64,000 nt of DNA from Oopsacas minuta (taxonomy: Eukaryota; Animalia; Porifera). The translations under genes and the position numbers were made by a program. Shown one piece after another: positions 38,250 to 52,849 of this stretch (the stretch's first letter is position 1; each line of letters starts with the position of its first letter). A model generated the notes under the pieces. The model searched no databases. It was not told the origin of the DNA and saw nothing but the letters and a program-made list of their open reading frames with translations. The stretch spans positions 65,401 through 129,400 of the forward strand of contig JAKMXF010000348.1 of assembly GCA_024704765.1 (NCBI GenBank), read 5' to 3'.

Positions 38250-39250
38250 CTTTTGAATACCTAGCTAACCGGAGGCCCTAAGCATTCGAGCAGCGACCTA
38301 GCAAGCGAAAAGGGCAAATAATGGTAATATACGTACTTGGGAACTTGCTTTTGACAATAATACAGGATAACACAATGCGCAGATTCCCGAATTTCGCATT
38401 TGAAGTTTGCGATACATATGTAACCTTTTGATTATTGTCTCTGAATATAGCTCCTATAGTTCCATTCATTAGATTCCAAATGGATAAATTTGACAAAGTT
38501 GTTAAGATGATTACTATATGAGCAACCCAACCTATGCCCCATAAAGAGGAACTCAGCCATCTTTAGACCCAACAGGAGTGACGGAGTAACGCCGCCACTA
38601 AGTGCGGGTAATACCAGTATTTCTGGTAAACCTCTGGTAGACCTCTGTCCTGGCCTAAAGTAGATTTCCGGGTGCAAATGTTTATGATATCTATGCTGAT
38701 GCATCTCTACGGTGACTTCAAACAGTAAATGCTTGGTACCCCTCTACCTCTGTAATGAGGTTAATATTTGGTTGCAGTCTCGATGTTGATGCGGAGTTGC
38801 ATACAGCATACAGGATCTGACGAAAACTGATAAAATTCACAAATAGGGAGGTGACCATAAAATCCAGGTTTCTTGAGACTGTCACAACTTTACCAACTTT
38901 TCAACTACATTCTCTGACTCACAAAATAATTCTTCATATTATCTCTAAATGGTCTGCAGTGAAACCTTGTAATATGAACACTAACATCGTTAAAAATTGA
39001 TTCTAATTTCTTGAAGTGCATAAACTGGTGTAATACCAAGTGAATATTCTTGTTGGAAATGATTTTGCCAAAATAATTGTCTCCGACTTACTGGGTTTAA
39101 TTACTAGGTTCCACTCTACTTTTATTTAGAATGAGATTTACAGTATTTCTTTTTGTTGTATGATATTTAGGTGTGAGGTAGAATGGATAATCCGTCAACT
39201 GGAGGAACATGATGTGGATCTTCTGCACAAGATCACTAGATCTTTGCCTT
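38250..39250 (-). pseudogene. Possible highly decayed PIF1-type (Helitron-like) helicase remnant
   Basis: Only scattered motifs: GLPE, NLSIWNLMNGTIG, LRLA. Confidence 0.3.
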
Positions 39251-42200
39251 CATGGGCAGGGTTCCTCTGAGTTGGCTTTTTCTGAAAGAACTAACCTCAT
39301 AATATATATATACATATATATGAAATTAAATCACAATGTCAGCACTTTAAGTCGTAAATCAGTGCTAGATTGCGTTAAAGTATTCACAAGCATCTAGATA
39401 AAAGCTGCTCCTACCTGTTGTGAATTGCTTTATGTATATACAGTTAATATCTGTGAAGTAATGTATCGCTTGCATATGATAATGTGAAAATAAGACCAAT
39501 ATTTGTTACTATTCTAATGTATTTCAATGGAGAAGATGATCAAAGATATGACAAAATGCTTGCAGAATATGAATATATATGATACATACTACCCCCAGTG
39601 ACACATGGGACCAATATACATTCCACTTTAGTTGCATAAACTAACAATTATTTCGAACAATTTGTGAACATTCTTATATCATAAATACAGTACATTCCCA
39701 CCTACCGGGACACCTTTGGCATAGATGACCCGGTAAGAAGGAGGGTACGGGTACGCCGCCATTCCGTATAATACATCACTATTGTAAGATCTTAATTTAT
39801 ATTAACGTTCATATGGCAGAAATGTGTATACGAATTTTCAGAATCGAATTCTGGCTAAGGTTCTGTATTTTAATGAACTCGTATACACGGGTAATTGATC
39901 AAAAATTTCTTTAAAATTAAAAACTTTTAAACAAAAATCATAATGCGTAAAACGTTTAACTCTCTTCTATCTAATGAGATTAAATTCATTAAAATCTGAT
40001 AAGTGGAAGTGGATTAAATTAGTGATTGAAGTATACATAGTCGAATAGTCTGTTCAATTCCCACTCTTTTAAATACCCGATACAGTTACAATCAGTATTA
40101 CAAATACTATCCCATTCAGCGGTAAGAGATGAGACTCTCCAGATTCGTACCTTATATTGGTTACAATTGAACCTCAGAACCTATTTCTAACCCCTGGATC
40201 GTGAATTCCCCAGTTTCAACATTACTAATATTATGTGCGCCTGAGTAAGTGGCTCATTTACTAAAGTTTGAACTCGATCTCGATAGTCACCATATATAAT
40301 TTCGGTATTAATACCATTAGTGTCTAATTCCTCTCTTTGTTCGATTACCCAACTAGGAACTCTCCACTTAAACTCATGTACATCTTACCCAACATTTGAT
40401 TTAGTAAACAATGGCCATGTTCAGGTTGTGCTGATACTAACCACAAAACTAACAGTGGACTACACTCTAAAAGATTTACCATAGCACTTAAGATAGAGCT
40501 TGTTTAAGCACTACACTCATCATTATAGAAAGATTCAGCGATTTGCAAATATTCAGAAACATTCTGGGACAAAGACAAACCGTAAAACTTAGCCACAATT
40601 GAGATTCAGATGCATTAAACAGGTAATACACATTATGACTTCAACCTTGCAGCCTAAGAGTTTCTGTATCGGAATCTCTCTTGAATCGGTCATACTCAGC
40701 TAAATCGGAGGCTGAAGTTTCTCACAAAAAAGAAGCATGTCGTTTCGTAAATCTAATTCAAGATCCAATAAATCTAGGTTCCCAAATTAGGAAACTGAAT
40801 TGGAACCTCAGCTACACTTTTACATACATCTTTAGTGATAGCAGACGTGATTACTGATGCTCTCAATGGAACACCTAGCTTTCTAAGACAAACACTCACT
40901 TGGAACTATTCCTCTAAACAAGGGGTCCTTAACAACATTCGAAAGCAGGATTTCTGACAAGGACATTTCTGACAATATTCTAAACGTGACACGAGTTGTT
41001 TTTCAACTTCAAAAATAACAGATGTCTCTTGACAGGTTTACTACAAGGGTAGAACTTCTTGCTAATTGTTGCCAAAAAATGAAGTAGGCATGTTGGCACT
41101 GACAGACAGCTTGCAGACCAAAGTATCAAAAGACTGTAATGTGGAGAACATTAAGTATATATTGAGTCAGATGTTCTTTGGCAATCCTAAAAATATATAT
41201 ATGATTACAGTCGAAACTTGTTACTTTATAAACACTTTTACAAGTAGAGTAAAAGAAAAAACAATGAAAATTCCTGCAAAGATTGAATTCCTCACATAAA
41301 CGCAAACAATTTAAGTAAGAAATCCCACGTTTGAAAAAGCATTTTGACTATATTGTAGGTGCTTAACATATCATGATATAATTGATTACCTTGTTCTTGA
41401 TATGTATTTTGAATGGAGTGATAGACCCTGGATTAATCACGATGCCACCAATGATGAGAAGAAGGGACACCATACAAGCAAGGATATTAGAAAACCTAAG
41501 TATGTAGCCGAAGAAGCGAAGAACGAATCAGAAGAAGAACCAGAATTAGTTGATTACTGGGACACTGAAAGCCAATGCGACCATGCCATAAATCAATAAA
41601 AATCATGAATAAGAGCAGAAAGATAAGTTGGATAGAAACAATAATGCAGCTTGCCAAGAAAGCAAAGAGAAAAAGCAAAAAAGCAAAACAATAAATACGA
41701 ATCAGAAATACTGAAGTATATTTCAATATGAGATTAGCTAAATATATGATTATTTGTCAATATGCATATATATTGTGATGGATAAAAATAGAAAACGTAA
41801 TTCGCAATTCTGGAAATGTATTATTGTGGAAATTTGAGTCTAAATTGAAATTCGAAAATACAAAAAATAACACCGAGAACGTTGCCAATTTAGAGCCCCA
41901 TTGTGACCGTATTTCCTGAAATTCATTTTTACACAGGTCAACAAAATTTCACTTATTATTCTCATCAAGCAAAAATGGGTATTTCCTAGACTACTTTTTT
42001 TGTACTGATTTCAAATCTGCCATTTATTCCTCTCTACCACGTATACATGTTTTATATTCTAGCTTGAAATTTTCGAATTCAATATCGCAATATTACATAT
42101 TATATTATGCTTAATTAATGCTAAAAGTTGTTCAGCTAACTAATGCTACTTGTTGCCAAAGTCTCAATGTGAATTATTCAATAATCAATTGAGTATTAAA

Positions 42201-43810
42201 TTAGAATCTAACTATCATGCAATAGGAAATTGAAAATTTTCACATTTGTGAGATATATAAGTTGAATAAACAAAAAAAAAATATTTAAGACGTCAAAAAC
42301 GTTGAGATTAAGAATTTCTTTTGTAAACTCTATTGGGTTCATCCCAATATAACATCCAGCAATAGTCCGCCATCATACTGCCATCCCAGAAAACTTGATA
42401 TCGATTTTCCATTCTGAGAATATCTTGGTGAAATCGTTCGCACTGTTCATCGCTTACAGCACCAAAGTTTTCTGGAAAAGAATCAAGATGGGAGTGCAAA
42501 AGGTGTAATTTCAATGACGTACGGCATCCCATGTTTTAATATGATTGAATTAAGTTTTTTACACCTTCTATATACTCTGTTGACTTCATATTACCTAAAA
42601 AGTTTTCACAAATCATCTTGAAAGATTTCCAAGTTGTGAATTCCTTAGCGGAAAGTATATTGTCAAACTCTTCATCCTTGAGAACTTCCATAATTTCTGG
42701 TCCACTAAATACACCCTCTTTAAGTTTAGTTTGGGAAATTTCTCAACAAATAGCGAAACCCTGTAGAATTTGTTTTACCATTGTTTTGATGAAAGTTTTC
42801 ATGAATCCGAGTTTTATATGAAGTGGTGGCAAAAAGATATTATTAGGATCTACCAATGGTGTATATTCAATATTGGATGTTCCTACTTCATAATTTGTTC
42901 TCTTGGGCCAATCACACATTTTGTAATGATCGATTATTGTACAACCGTCCCATCAACAAGGAAAGCAATGATATTTGGTAGATCCTTGCTGCAATCCCAT
43001 TAACAGACCAATGACGTTAAGATCCCTACATATATTCCACCTGTGTGTTCTATATTTGATCGCATCCAAAACTTCCTCCAGGTTTATATAGGACTCTTTA
43101 AGATGTGCAGGTTGAGCAATTGGAATTGCAGGATTCTTATTTCCGTTATGCAATAAAACGGCTTTCAAGCTACGTTTCGATGAATCAATATATAGGCGCC
43201 AATCAGAAGATGAATGTTCCTGTAACAAACTAGAAAACAGCCCGTCAATATCATTAGAATAACAGAGAGGACCATCAACTGTAAAATATTGAGCCAAATC
43301 AAAATTTGGTTTACGGTAGTGGGACACTATAACAGTCTTGTTGAGTAATTTCTTTTGCTGAAGCCTTGATGCAAGAAGTTCTGCATTATCCCTCGACAGA
43401 TCAAGATCCCTGACAAAGTCATTCAATTCGCCTTGTGTGAAGGTTTGGGGTGCTAAATTACTATCTTCAGGGGCGTATTTGAACCAATAGAAGATTCGTC
43501 CATTGAATATGACAAAGTATCTACATCATCAGAAAGAGAATCAAATCTTTATAACGTAGGAGTGGGGACAGCAAGGAGACATCATGAGAAACTGATCTGC
43601 GAGCAGATTCCCAATATGGGTAAATTATTTATGTTTATTTTTCATCGAAAACCCAGTGGTATTTACGATGCAAAAATAGCAATGATCGTAGTGATTCTTT
43701 GGTTCCCTCCAAAACATTGGTATTGCAAAGGCATTGAAGTTTTTCTTTTGTTCGCCCAATCACGTAAGCTACTAGAACAAGCAGAACAAATCACATGAGA
43801 TGCCCACATC

Positions 43811-46800
43811 CGTGACCTACGTTATAATAAGGCCTGTTCACTAGTGCGATTTTTTGGACCATGGATGTCGCTTAAGTCCATTAAATTTTATTTCAAATAA
43901 TCATGTATTTGATGTTATTCACCTAAATCGTGAACTTAAAAATTGTTCTTAGGCGATTTTAAAGACCATGGATGTCGTTGAAGGCTTGTAAAAAGTATTT
44001 CTTAGAAACCCATAATATTTATATTAATTTATGAATCAACCTTTTTGTTACATTCAATTTATTGAAACAATACATTTACGTACTCACTACCCGTTGTACC
44101 TTGTCCTCTTGTACTTTTATCCTAAGTTGTTTAGACAACTTAGCTTTTATCTCTATAATGCCGCTCTCCACCCTGTTCTATCAGTTATGTGCATTTCTTT
44201 AATCTAACTCTCGATTTCTCCTTTTTATAGTTTCAATTAGCTTGTCATGCCCAACAGGTGCTCTGCCCCCGGATGTCGGAGTAATTACGCAGGAGAACCT
44301 TATACTCCAGTCTTTAAGTTGCCAAATGGTCCACCTGATCTTGTCAATCGTTGGCATCGAGCGCTCTGTAGAGAAGGTATCAGAGACTTAAAGAATGTGT
44401 TTGTGTGCTCAAAACATTTCCTCGACGAAGAAATTCAGACCAGTTTTTCTATCCATCAACCAGATGGAACATACTTAGAAGTACCAGCTAAGCCTAAATT
44501 GCAGAAGGATGCAGTGCCAAGATTTCTACCTGGATGTCCACTTCATCTCTCTTCGTCATCTGACACCATACCTCCGAGATTTGATTGATCTTTGAGAGAA
44601 CAGCATTTGATTGATACTGCAATAAATGAGAGTCTATTACAGTATAACCAAGACAAAGAACTTTTTCAGATTACCACACTGGAAGACTTGGTATCCAAAA
44701 CGAAGCACTCGGGTTTGCCTAATCATTGGTTAGTTTGGTCTTCTGATGATAATTCCTTTAATTTACTCAAACCTTCTACAACGAATAACAGTTTGATTGC
44801 AATTAGATGCTCGTTAACTATTACCGAAACATTACATACTATGGGTTTCTACGAAGGTATACGCATTCCTCTTTCTCTCACTCAGATAAATGATATTCGT
44901 CAACTTAACGATTTGCTTAAAGAAATTGAAAACCATTCTGCCCCTACTAATTCTCCTGAAACATTCCAATACCATGTCAGAGAAGCAACCGGAAGCATTC
45001 ATAAAGCTATAGACTCCCTTTCAACTGGAGAAGAATCTGGAAACCAACAGCCTCTATTATCAAGTCTTCAGTTTATTCTATGCCAATTGGATAACGCTCT
45101 GATCGCGAAAACTATGAGGCAATACAACATCGAAACTCTTGTCTTGTCCCTCAAATGCCAGCTTATCTCGCCAGTTTGTTATAGATATCTTCAATCCCTG
45201 GATTGTCTATCATTGCCGCACCTTTCTACTCTAAAGCGCTTATATTCCAATTTTGGTTTGGATTCTGAGTTTACCAACTATCTCAAACAATCAGTCACTC
45301 AGTTTAACAAATGGGAACGAAATGTAGTGATTCAGATGGATGAAATTCATGTAAAATCCACATTTACATACAAAAGGAGGTAAGATAATTGGATCTTCTT
45401 TGAATCCTATTGATCCTGCAAAAACCGTTTTTGCCTTCATGATATCAAGTTTGTCCAAACGATGGTCCAGTATTGTCCGTTTACTGCCCTGTTCCAGCTC
45501 ATCTGCTGAGGTACTCTTTCCTATCATCAAAGATGTTATTCGTGATGTTGAAGCATGTGGACTCTCTGTACACGTCTTATGTACTGATAATTACCCGATG
45601 AACGTTAACATTTTCAAGTTATTTTCTCCCAGCCGACTTCTAGAGCATATTGTTCCTCACTCTATGGACTCAAACCGGCCATTGTTTTTGCTTTTTGACT
45701 TCGTTCATATAATCAAATCGATACGTAATAACTGGCTAAACCAAATAGATTATAATAAAACATTCACTTATCCAGATTTTGAGAACATACAAGTTGCGAG
45801 CACTGCAGTTTTCGAAGAAATTCGCAAATTATATAAAAGTGACCAACACTCTGTTGCTAAATTAGCTCCAAGATTAACCTCTAAAGCTTGTTGGCCTTCC
45901 ACTTTAGAACGACAAAATGTTTCTTTAGCTTTAAGGATATTTGATGAATCTACAGCCGCTGCATTAAACGTTAGCTACCAATCGCGATACCACACTTCTA
46001 CAAATTCACAGACTGCAGACTTTATTACCATTATTTGTAATGTTTGGAAGATATTCAACATCAATACTCCGAACAAGGGTATCCTTCACAAAGATGAATT
46101 TTCAGTTCCACTTACCTACAATGATACCAGATTTATGTTCCTTCAACGTGTAGTTGATTGGGCTGAATGTTGGCGAGTCATGCCTGACAAAAGAGGTAAA
46201 TTAAGTCCTCAAACCTTTACAAGTTTCCGTCACTCTTGTATTGCACTCCCGTGCATTGTAAACCATCTGACTGGAAATTGTGGCTATTCGTACGTCCTTT
46301 CTTCGTTCTTGCAAAATGATCCACTTGAGCATCATTTTGGCTTGTATAGGATGATGTCAGGAGCACAATACCACATTAGCTATTGCCAGGTCCTTGAAAT
46401 AGAACGGAGAATAAAGTTGTCCAGCATACTCAAATTATTTTCGAAAAAGCCTGTAGAAGATAGCATATCACTTAAGAACTTCTTAGAATCGTGCTCATCC
46501 TCTTGTGACCAAGACTCCCATGCGTCTTTCAGCTTGGAGATGTATCTCTCGGCGATTCAGGGATATTCAGGGATAGAATTAAACAAGCAAATACTCCAAT
46601 CACTCTCCTTTATAGCAGGCTACTCAGTGCATGCCTATTACAAACATTCTACTAAATGTCAATCATGTCTCTTATTCCTCACTGAAAACAAAGAAATGGA
46701 AATTGAAGAACCTTCAGATTCTGAATATCGATTAATTCAGATAATCGACCGAGGCTCACTAAAATGGCCAAGTAGTGATGTCATAGACGCAATTATTACG

Positions 46801-47435
46801 CTATGGAAAGTATTCTCCTCTATCGAGAGTCAACCAAGCATATTCAATAACTTTATAACCGGTCCTTCTAGAAGTATCCTGATACAGTTAACAACCAGTC
46901 TTATAGAAGATGAACAAGCTGAAGTATGGAGAGTGATGTGTGACGAATGTGGTACACTCATGTGGGATGTATTAGCTAAACTATTGACTGCTACTTCAAA
47001 CTGTCTTATATCAAATAAGATTAAGAACATGAGTTCCCAGCTACCCTTGAAACCGTGTGTCGAAAATACTCGAAAATTAAAGAAATTGAAGCCTAATTAA
47101 CTTATCACATACCACTTTAATATACGTATCTTTTATTATTTTGTACTATTATCAGGCACTCACTATTTGAAATATGCTTAGTATTAAACCCAATAATATT
47201 TTATCTCATGGATTCACATTTTAGTTAATTTTCTCTAACTATAACATTTATTGTAAAAATAAGGACTTAAATGCATCCATGGTCTTCAAAATCGCTTAAG
47301 AACAATTTTAAGTTCACGATTTGGGTGAATAACATCAAATACATGATTATTTGAAATAAAATTTAATGGACTTAAACGACATCCATGGTCCAAAAATCGC
47401 ACTAGTGAACAGGCCTTATTATAACGTAGGTCACG
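43811..47435 (+). mobile_element. P-superfamily (THAP; Galileo-like architecture) transposon, 3625 bp
   Basis: Near-identical TIRs of about 162-164 bp starting CGTGACCTACGTTATAATAAGGCC; 7-bp TSD CCACATC at 43804-10 and 47436-42. Confidence 0.93.
44247..47100 (+). pseudogene. THAP-domain P-element-like transposase, about 950 aa, one nonsense codon (44586-88) and one +1 frameshift (near 45375)
   Basis: THAP: CSAPGC..W..VCSKHF..AVP. Core: QMDEIH, CTDNY, FDFVHIIKSIRNNW, QNDPLEHHFG. Confidence 0.92.
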
Positions 47436-50400
47436 CCACATCTTATCTTGATCACCTAAAGGACAATCAAATAGTGGCTATATATTCTCTTGAGGTCATT
47501 TGTCATGGCACGTCGTTGTTATTTTAAACAAAAGGAGCCACAAACAGCAAAAATTGTCTCGTATATTGATACATCTGCGATGCATTACGAGAAACCAGAT
47601 TGATTGATTCAAAAAAGAGAAAAATAGAACTAGTATATTGGATATATTGCATTAATATACAAATTGTGTTACTTTGCTATTGTAAAATTTTAAAATATTT
47701 AGAAGTATATTATTGAAAATAATGGGATAATATAGTGGGATTATATGAAAAAGCTACACATGATAGATAAACGGAGAGCAGATTTGAAATCAGGACACAA
47801 ATCACGTTAGAAAAATCATATATGATCTGTGACGAAAAAACCTTGTTGACCTGTGTTATTATAGCTAAAGTCCATGTACCAGCTATCGATTGTTATCAAT
47901 TTATAACTTTGGGTATATTTTGGATGTCAAATACATATTTGGACTGACCATACTTTTTAAAATCATACTCACCCCACCACTATAACTCTCACTTCAACTT
48001 TGAATACTTGTATCTCCTGAGTTTTTGGATTTTTCTGATGAAATTGAATTTAAATAAACGTCCATAGGTCACAATAATAAAGACAAAAGATGTAAGTTTC
48101 GAATTCTCACTTTTAGGTAGTCTTTTTTTAATAGAGAAGCGTCCCTACACTTCATGTCAAAAAAGAATAGATGAAAGTTAAAACTTATAGAAAATATATT
48201 TTATGTAACGTCCAACACTCTTCTACCGAATTATATTATTTTTGGGTAAATCTGATGAGAATAAGCAACACAAATTAGTGATTGAACTACCTGTATATCC
48301 TGCAAAACTTCACACTAGTCATATTGATTGCGTGTTAATTATATATATTATGAATATCACAATGAAAAATGGCCAACACCACTCGATTTACAAAGTTAGC
48401 TTGTTCGGGCAGTCGGCCTTTGGGGTGATAACAAACGAAAGCTACCACTGATTGACTGATATCGCGTATTTTCTTTCTTCATTGATGTATTCTTTGCAAA
48501 AATCACTATTAGCAAAGTTGCCCAAAATGGTACCAACCACCCTTTAGATTACACAGGTGAATTTGTATTGCCAGAAGCTATTTCATTTTTAAACACTGTC
48601 TGATTATAGATGTTTTACTGTTTAAACAGGTGCCTGTTTATGTAGGTTCCACTATAGTCCATTAAAGTACATCCTCGAAATAAATGGTTATATAGAAAAT
48701 ATTATATAATTGTCATGATAAAGTTAGTTAGATCTATAGTTCATGAGATCCTAGACGAATCTTATGATTTTGAAAGTTTCCAGGTTGAAAACTCGGGTAT
48801 TTTCGACCTGAAATAAGTTCTACATATTGATGTGGAAAGTGTTATTCATCACATCATATTGGGAACTTGATTATAGCTAAAACATAATTACTTATATCAT
48901 GCGATATTCGCAATTCGAATTAACTACATTACACTTATATCTATCTCTGGTACAAAAAGAATTTTGGTTTCTAATCCTGTATATTACGCACATTACGTCG
49001 AAATTCCACGTCCAGCTTTCATGTAATTTTGAATATTTTAGCTTTCTAACTTGTGATCTTTAACATTAGTCTTCAGGTTGGTCTGTCCATTGAGCGACTT
49101 CCAGGCGCATTGCGCAGCCCTTCCAGCAACTCCAGTTGCATTACCCTGCCTATCTAGCTATTTCAGCTGCTTTCCGCTATCATCTTGAGACACTTTACAG
49201 CTAGTATAACAAGCACAGCTACTAGGGATATAGTAGAAGAAATGCTATTACTAAAAATGAACAGAGGCGTTGCTGGAACCTGATTCCCCGCCTGGAAAAA
49301 GCCCCAGACCACCCTAAACGGACTGCCAAGCCTTCTTGCACTTAAACAGCAACAACATCCATGACTGCGATCCAAATAGTAACTTAGAAATCCTCAAATT
49401 CTCGCCCAATTGCTAACTAGTTGGATAATCCAATCGACATCCAATTCTAGCACCTTTTTAGTGAGTTCTAAAGACTGAAGGCTACACAGAGCAAGCCTGG
49501 GAAACTTCCAGCTAACTCACAGGCGTCAGATCCAACGATAATCCAATCTATATCCATTACTGCTTTCCAAATAGTGTAAAGAAATGCTCATATCCTTCGC
49601 TAATGTAAATCATAGAAACTAAATCAAAATTTAAATACACTAAACAGATATACTACGTTATATATATACACACAATTTCCCAATGAGCCAAAATCGAATC
49701 AACTAAAAACAGTAAAACTGCGCTATACTTACATAATAAGTGATGAATAAACATAAAATCAATAATTAGAAATAATGTGATAATCTAATAAGAATAAAAT
49801 CCAGTAAAGTGTTAAATGAGTTATGTTGTAATCGAGGAACGGGAAGAAATATCAAAACACAAGTAAAAAGGCTTGCAACAAAAGTTCAAGTGTAAATAAC
49901 TATCATATATGTGGTACTTTGTTAATATGATTCAAAGTTTGGTTAAGCTAATAACATTTGTGTAGAATGAAGAGATGATGATCGATGTGCATTCCTATAC
50001 ATATTGTGCAAATTGTTTTGCACATTAAAATTCCGCTCACCAACGAACCGATTTACTCATATAGACGGATGGAAATATATTGTGAAGAAACTTCGGTATT
50101 CTTATGACTTTTAAAAATATAGCAATTGATTTTTAGAGCAAGTAAATGAATGTAGTTATCATGGTTAGTTAGCTTAAGTTATACCCACGTTGAATCCGTA
50201 TAGGTCTTGGAAATCACCTAAGTGACGAATGTTAGAGTCTCATAACCCTTTCAATACTTATAGATGTCCACTTTTCCAATGTTGCATTAGTTATACGAAT
50301 TTTGTGAGTATACTATTTGCTGATGGTGTATCAAGAAAAGTTTAGTAATCAATAGTACTTTCAGTCTAAGATTAGAAATATCCGTATTTCACTTACAAGG

Positions 50401-50832
50401 AGATGAAATCAATAGCATCCCAAGCGGATATTCTTGCAATTACATACAACAATTTCGGATGTATTCAATCAATATTCACAAATTTGAACTATTCTTGAAG
50501 TTTTTCTAAATGCAAAAGGTCTATAAAATTGAGCATAAGTTGTATATACAGGACAGAGAGTCACACCACTGGTTCAAACATATTGAGAATAATCATTAAA
50601 TATTCCGAGAAAAATTCTGCAAGCATCCAAAAACAAACATTACAATTAAGAGCCTTAGGCTAGTAGATTCAAGATCAACTCGGCGTATTGCGCATCGAGA
50701 TATCAATTTTCATCCGAATTAACGGACCTTTTGAGTAATATCATTTAGATATATTTAGAACAACAAATTTCATAAATATACGTATATGGCATCTATGTAG
50801 TTGAATAATTTTGTAAGAGCAACCCTCTAGCT

Positions 50833-51611
50833 CAGGGGTGGTCAAACTGTGGGCCACAGCCCGATCCGACCCGCATGTGATTTTGAATCGGCCCACCTGG
50901 CTTTAGTTATTTGAGTACTTTAATTATGATTTCACTAGCTTACTCTTCCTAACGCATTTATAAATTTCGTCCCATGGATTATTACATTAATATGTGTTAA
51001 TTATTATGTAAAATTATTGGATATTTTACAGTTAGCTAGTAGAGTCCGACTAATAAATTAGAACATGAACGCAAAGTTTATTAGAAAATACCACCCCGAA
51101 AAAACAATTGAAAAAACAGGTTTTTCACACCCAGGAGAAGGGCACTAAATTAGAAAAACCATTTATGGCCATAATCACAATATGTGACTTTAAACCTGGC
51201 CTATTATGCAACATGTAAGAAAATGATTTTCTAAAGAGATTATACTCTTTTTTACCTCTAGTTGTGGAAATTTCGGGCTTCTCTGTATGTTTAGATAAGA
51301 TAATATTGAAGAGAATATGAATATTAACTAATCAATGATAGCTAGCATTTCATGAATTGATTTTAGACAGTGAAGAAATAGCATCCTAAATTACTGATAC
51401 ATAATAATTATACATAACCCAATTTTTTACTTAATCATCAGAAGAGGCAGAAAATACGAGAAAAACCGGGTTTTTTCGACCTTCCATGGTCATTTCTAGA
51501 AAACGGCGATGTTTTCCGAACACTGATGGAACGTAGTCGTAGGTCAATAATGCCTGTATGAATATTTGGAATTCGGTTGTGGCCCGTGCAGAAAATAGTT
51601 TGCCCACCCTA
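50833..51611. mobile_element. hAT (Charlie/Buster-like) MITE
   Basis: CAGGGGTGGTCAAACT and (rc) TAGGGTGGGCAAACT ends; near-match TSD CTCTAGCT / CCCTAGGT. Confidence 0.7.
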
Positions 51612-51699
51612 CCCTAGGTACCCGTTTCGAGTGAGTATCTGACTATGATGTGTGATTGTGTGAATTTACTCCCTTTAAAGTCATAGAACTTCAGAAATT

Positions 51700-52045
51700 T
51701 ACATATGGGAAACTTGAAAATGCAATATTCTGGTTCAGCGTATTGTGTTACCCCTGTGTAGCCGTTTAAAAGAAGCAAGCACAAAATTCATGATTTGGAA
51801 GATTTGTTACTGTATATTATTAAAGAACCCCAACAACTTTACAGATGAATAATCCAAAAGTGTGAAAATCGGATTCAGCAGTTTCGGAATATTTCGCAAG
51901 TATTTATTGAAAATCTATAACTTCCTTAATAAATACGATAATACATAGTTATACGAGAATGGAAAATTGCATACAGTAATCTATTCCTTGACAACAGACA
52001 AATGAACAGACGACAATTGAGATTTAATCATATAGTATAAAACTA
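51700..52045 (-). mobile_element. Third copy of the Helitron-like repeat, reverse orientation
   Basis: rc similarity to 11600-11800 (CTTGACAACAGACAAA..CAATTGAGATTTAAT). Confidence 0.55.
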
Positions 52046-52439
52046 ATTTGATAAACTTGAAATTTTCTCGAAGGCATCATAAATATACATGGTCTATGAA
52101 TTTGCCTATGACAGGCATAAACATGACAAGGAGTCACATCACTAGATCAGTCTTATGTAGATACAATCGTCGAACATATATATGTCTAACTGATAAATGT
52201 TACAATGCATGTGAAAATATACACAAATATTCGCTACATGGAATTATAGGGTTAGAGAGGGACGAATATATTGCAATTGGAAACTGTTTCAATCTTCTAG
52301 ACCGCAGGTGCAGAATGATATTTCAACAGAATCATATTTGCAAGTACCTTTAATACATCAAGATGATGAATAGAATTGGGAGTGTTTATGAATAATTCCT
52401 AGGTATGATCAAGTACAATCTATTGGTTATCTGACACAA

Positions 52440-52815
52440 AGAGAGAGTTCAACGAAATAAAGCATATCAACAAGAGATGTCATCACAAATTCGAGAAATG
52501 CTAAACAAAGATATTATCGAAGTTTGTAGCCCTTTGCTTGTCCCTCCAGTTGTCATAAAAGAAAGATAGTAACTTCTGCTTTTGCATCGATTATAGAAAT
52601 TAAAATACAGTGAAAGGATGCGTGCCTCTTGCCTTTGCCTGACTAAGTCCAAGACAAAGCTCAGCCAGATAGAATATTTCCCCCAATTGGACCTAAATTC
52701 AGGTTATCGGCAAAGACCAGTATTGGAATCGGAGCAAAGAAAACTGCATTTTCTTTGGGACGGAATGGGATTGTTCGAATTTAATGTGCAACAGTTTGGA
52801 CTCACAGGGGGGAGG
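52440..52815 (+). pseudogene. Gypsy-type reverse transcriptase fragment
   Basis: EMLNKDIIE, FCIDYR, LDLNSGY, KTAF, GLFEFNV..FGL across frameshifts. Confidence 0.75.
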
Positions 52816-52849
52816 CCAAACCATTTTGAGAAATCGAGGGATATAGTAG

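Larger units (their letters stand above)
41932..47855 (-). mobile_element. Second Chapaev3-type family, degenerate, split by a P-superfamily insertion
   Basis: TIR CACAGGTCAACAA; TTA TSD at 41929-31 and 47856-58; LHSHLD..EQCERFHQDI, MADYCW. The LGDQDKMW|ASHVIC reading joins across the insertion. Confidence 0.9.

Noticed and set aside
39400-41300. Possible decayed gene (similar unassigned stretch at 48000-50800)
   Set aside because: All frames are riddled with stops and no motif could be assigned by eye; it needs a translated profile search.
41402-41726. Short opposite-strand ORFs, one hydrophobic
   Set aside because: Low-complexity A-rich sequence explains the hydrophobic reading; the adjacent frame has stops; no family match.
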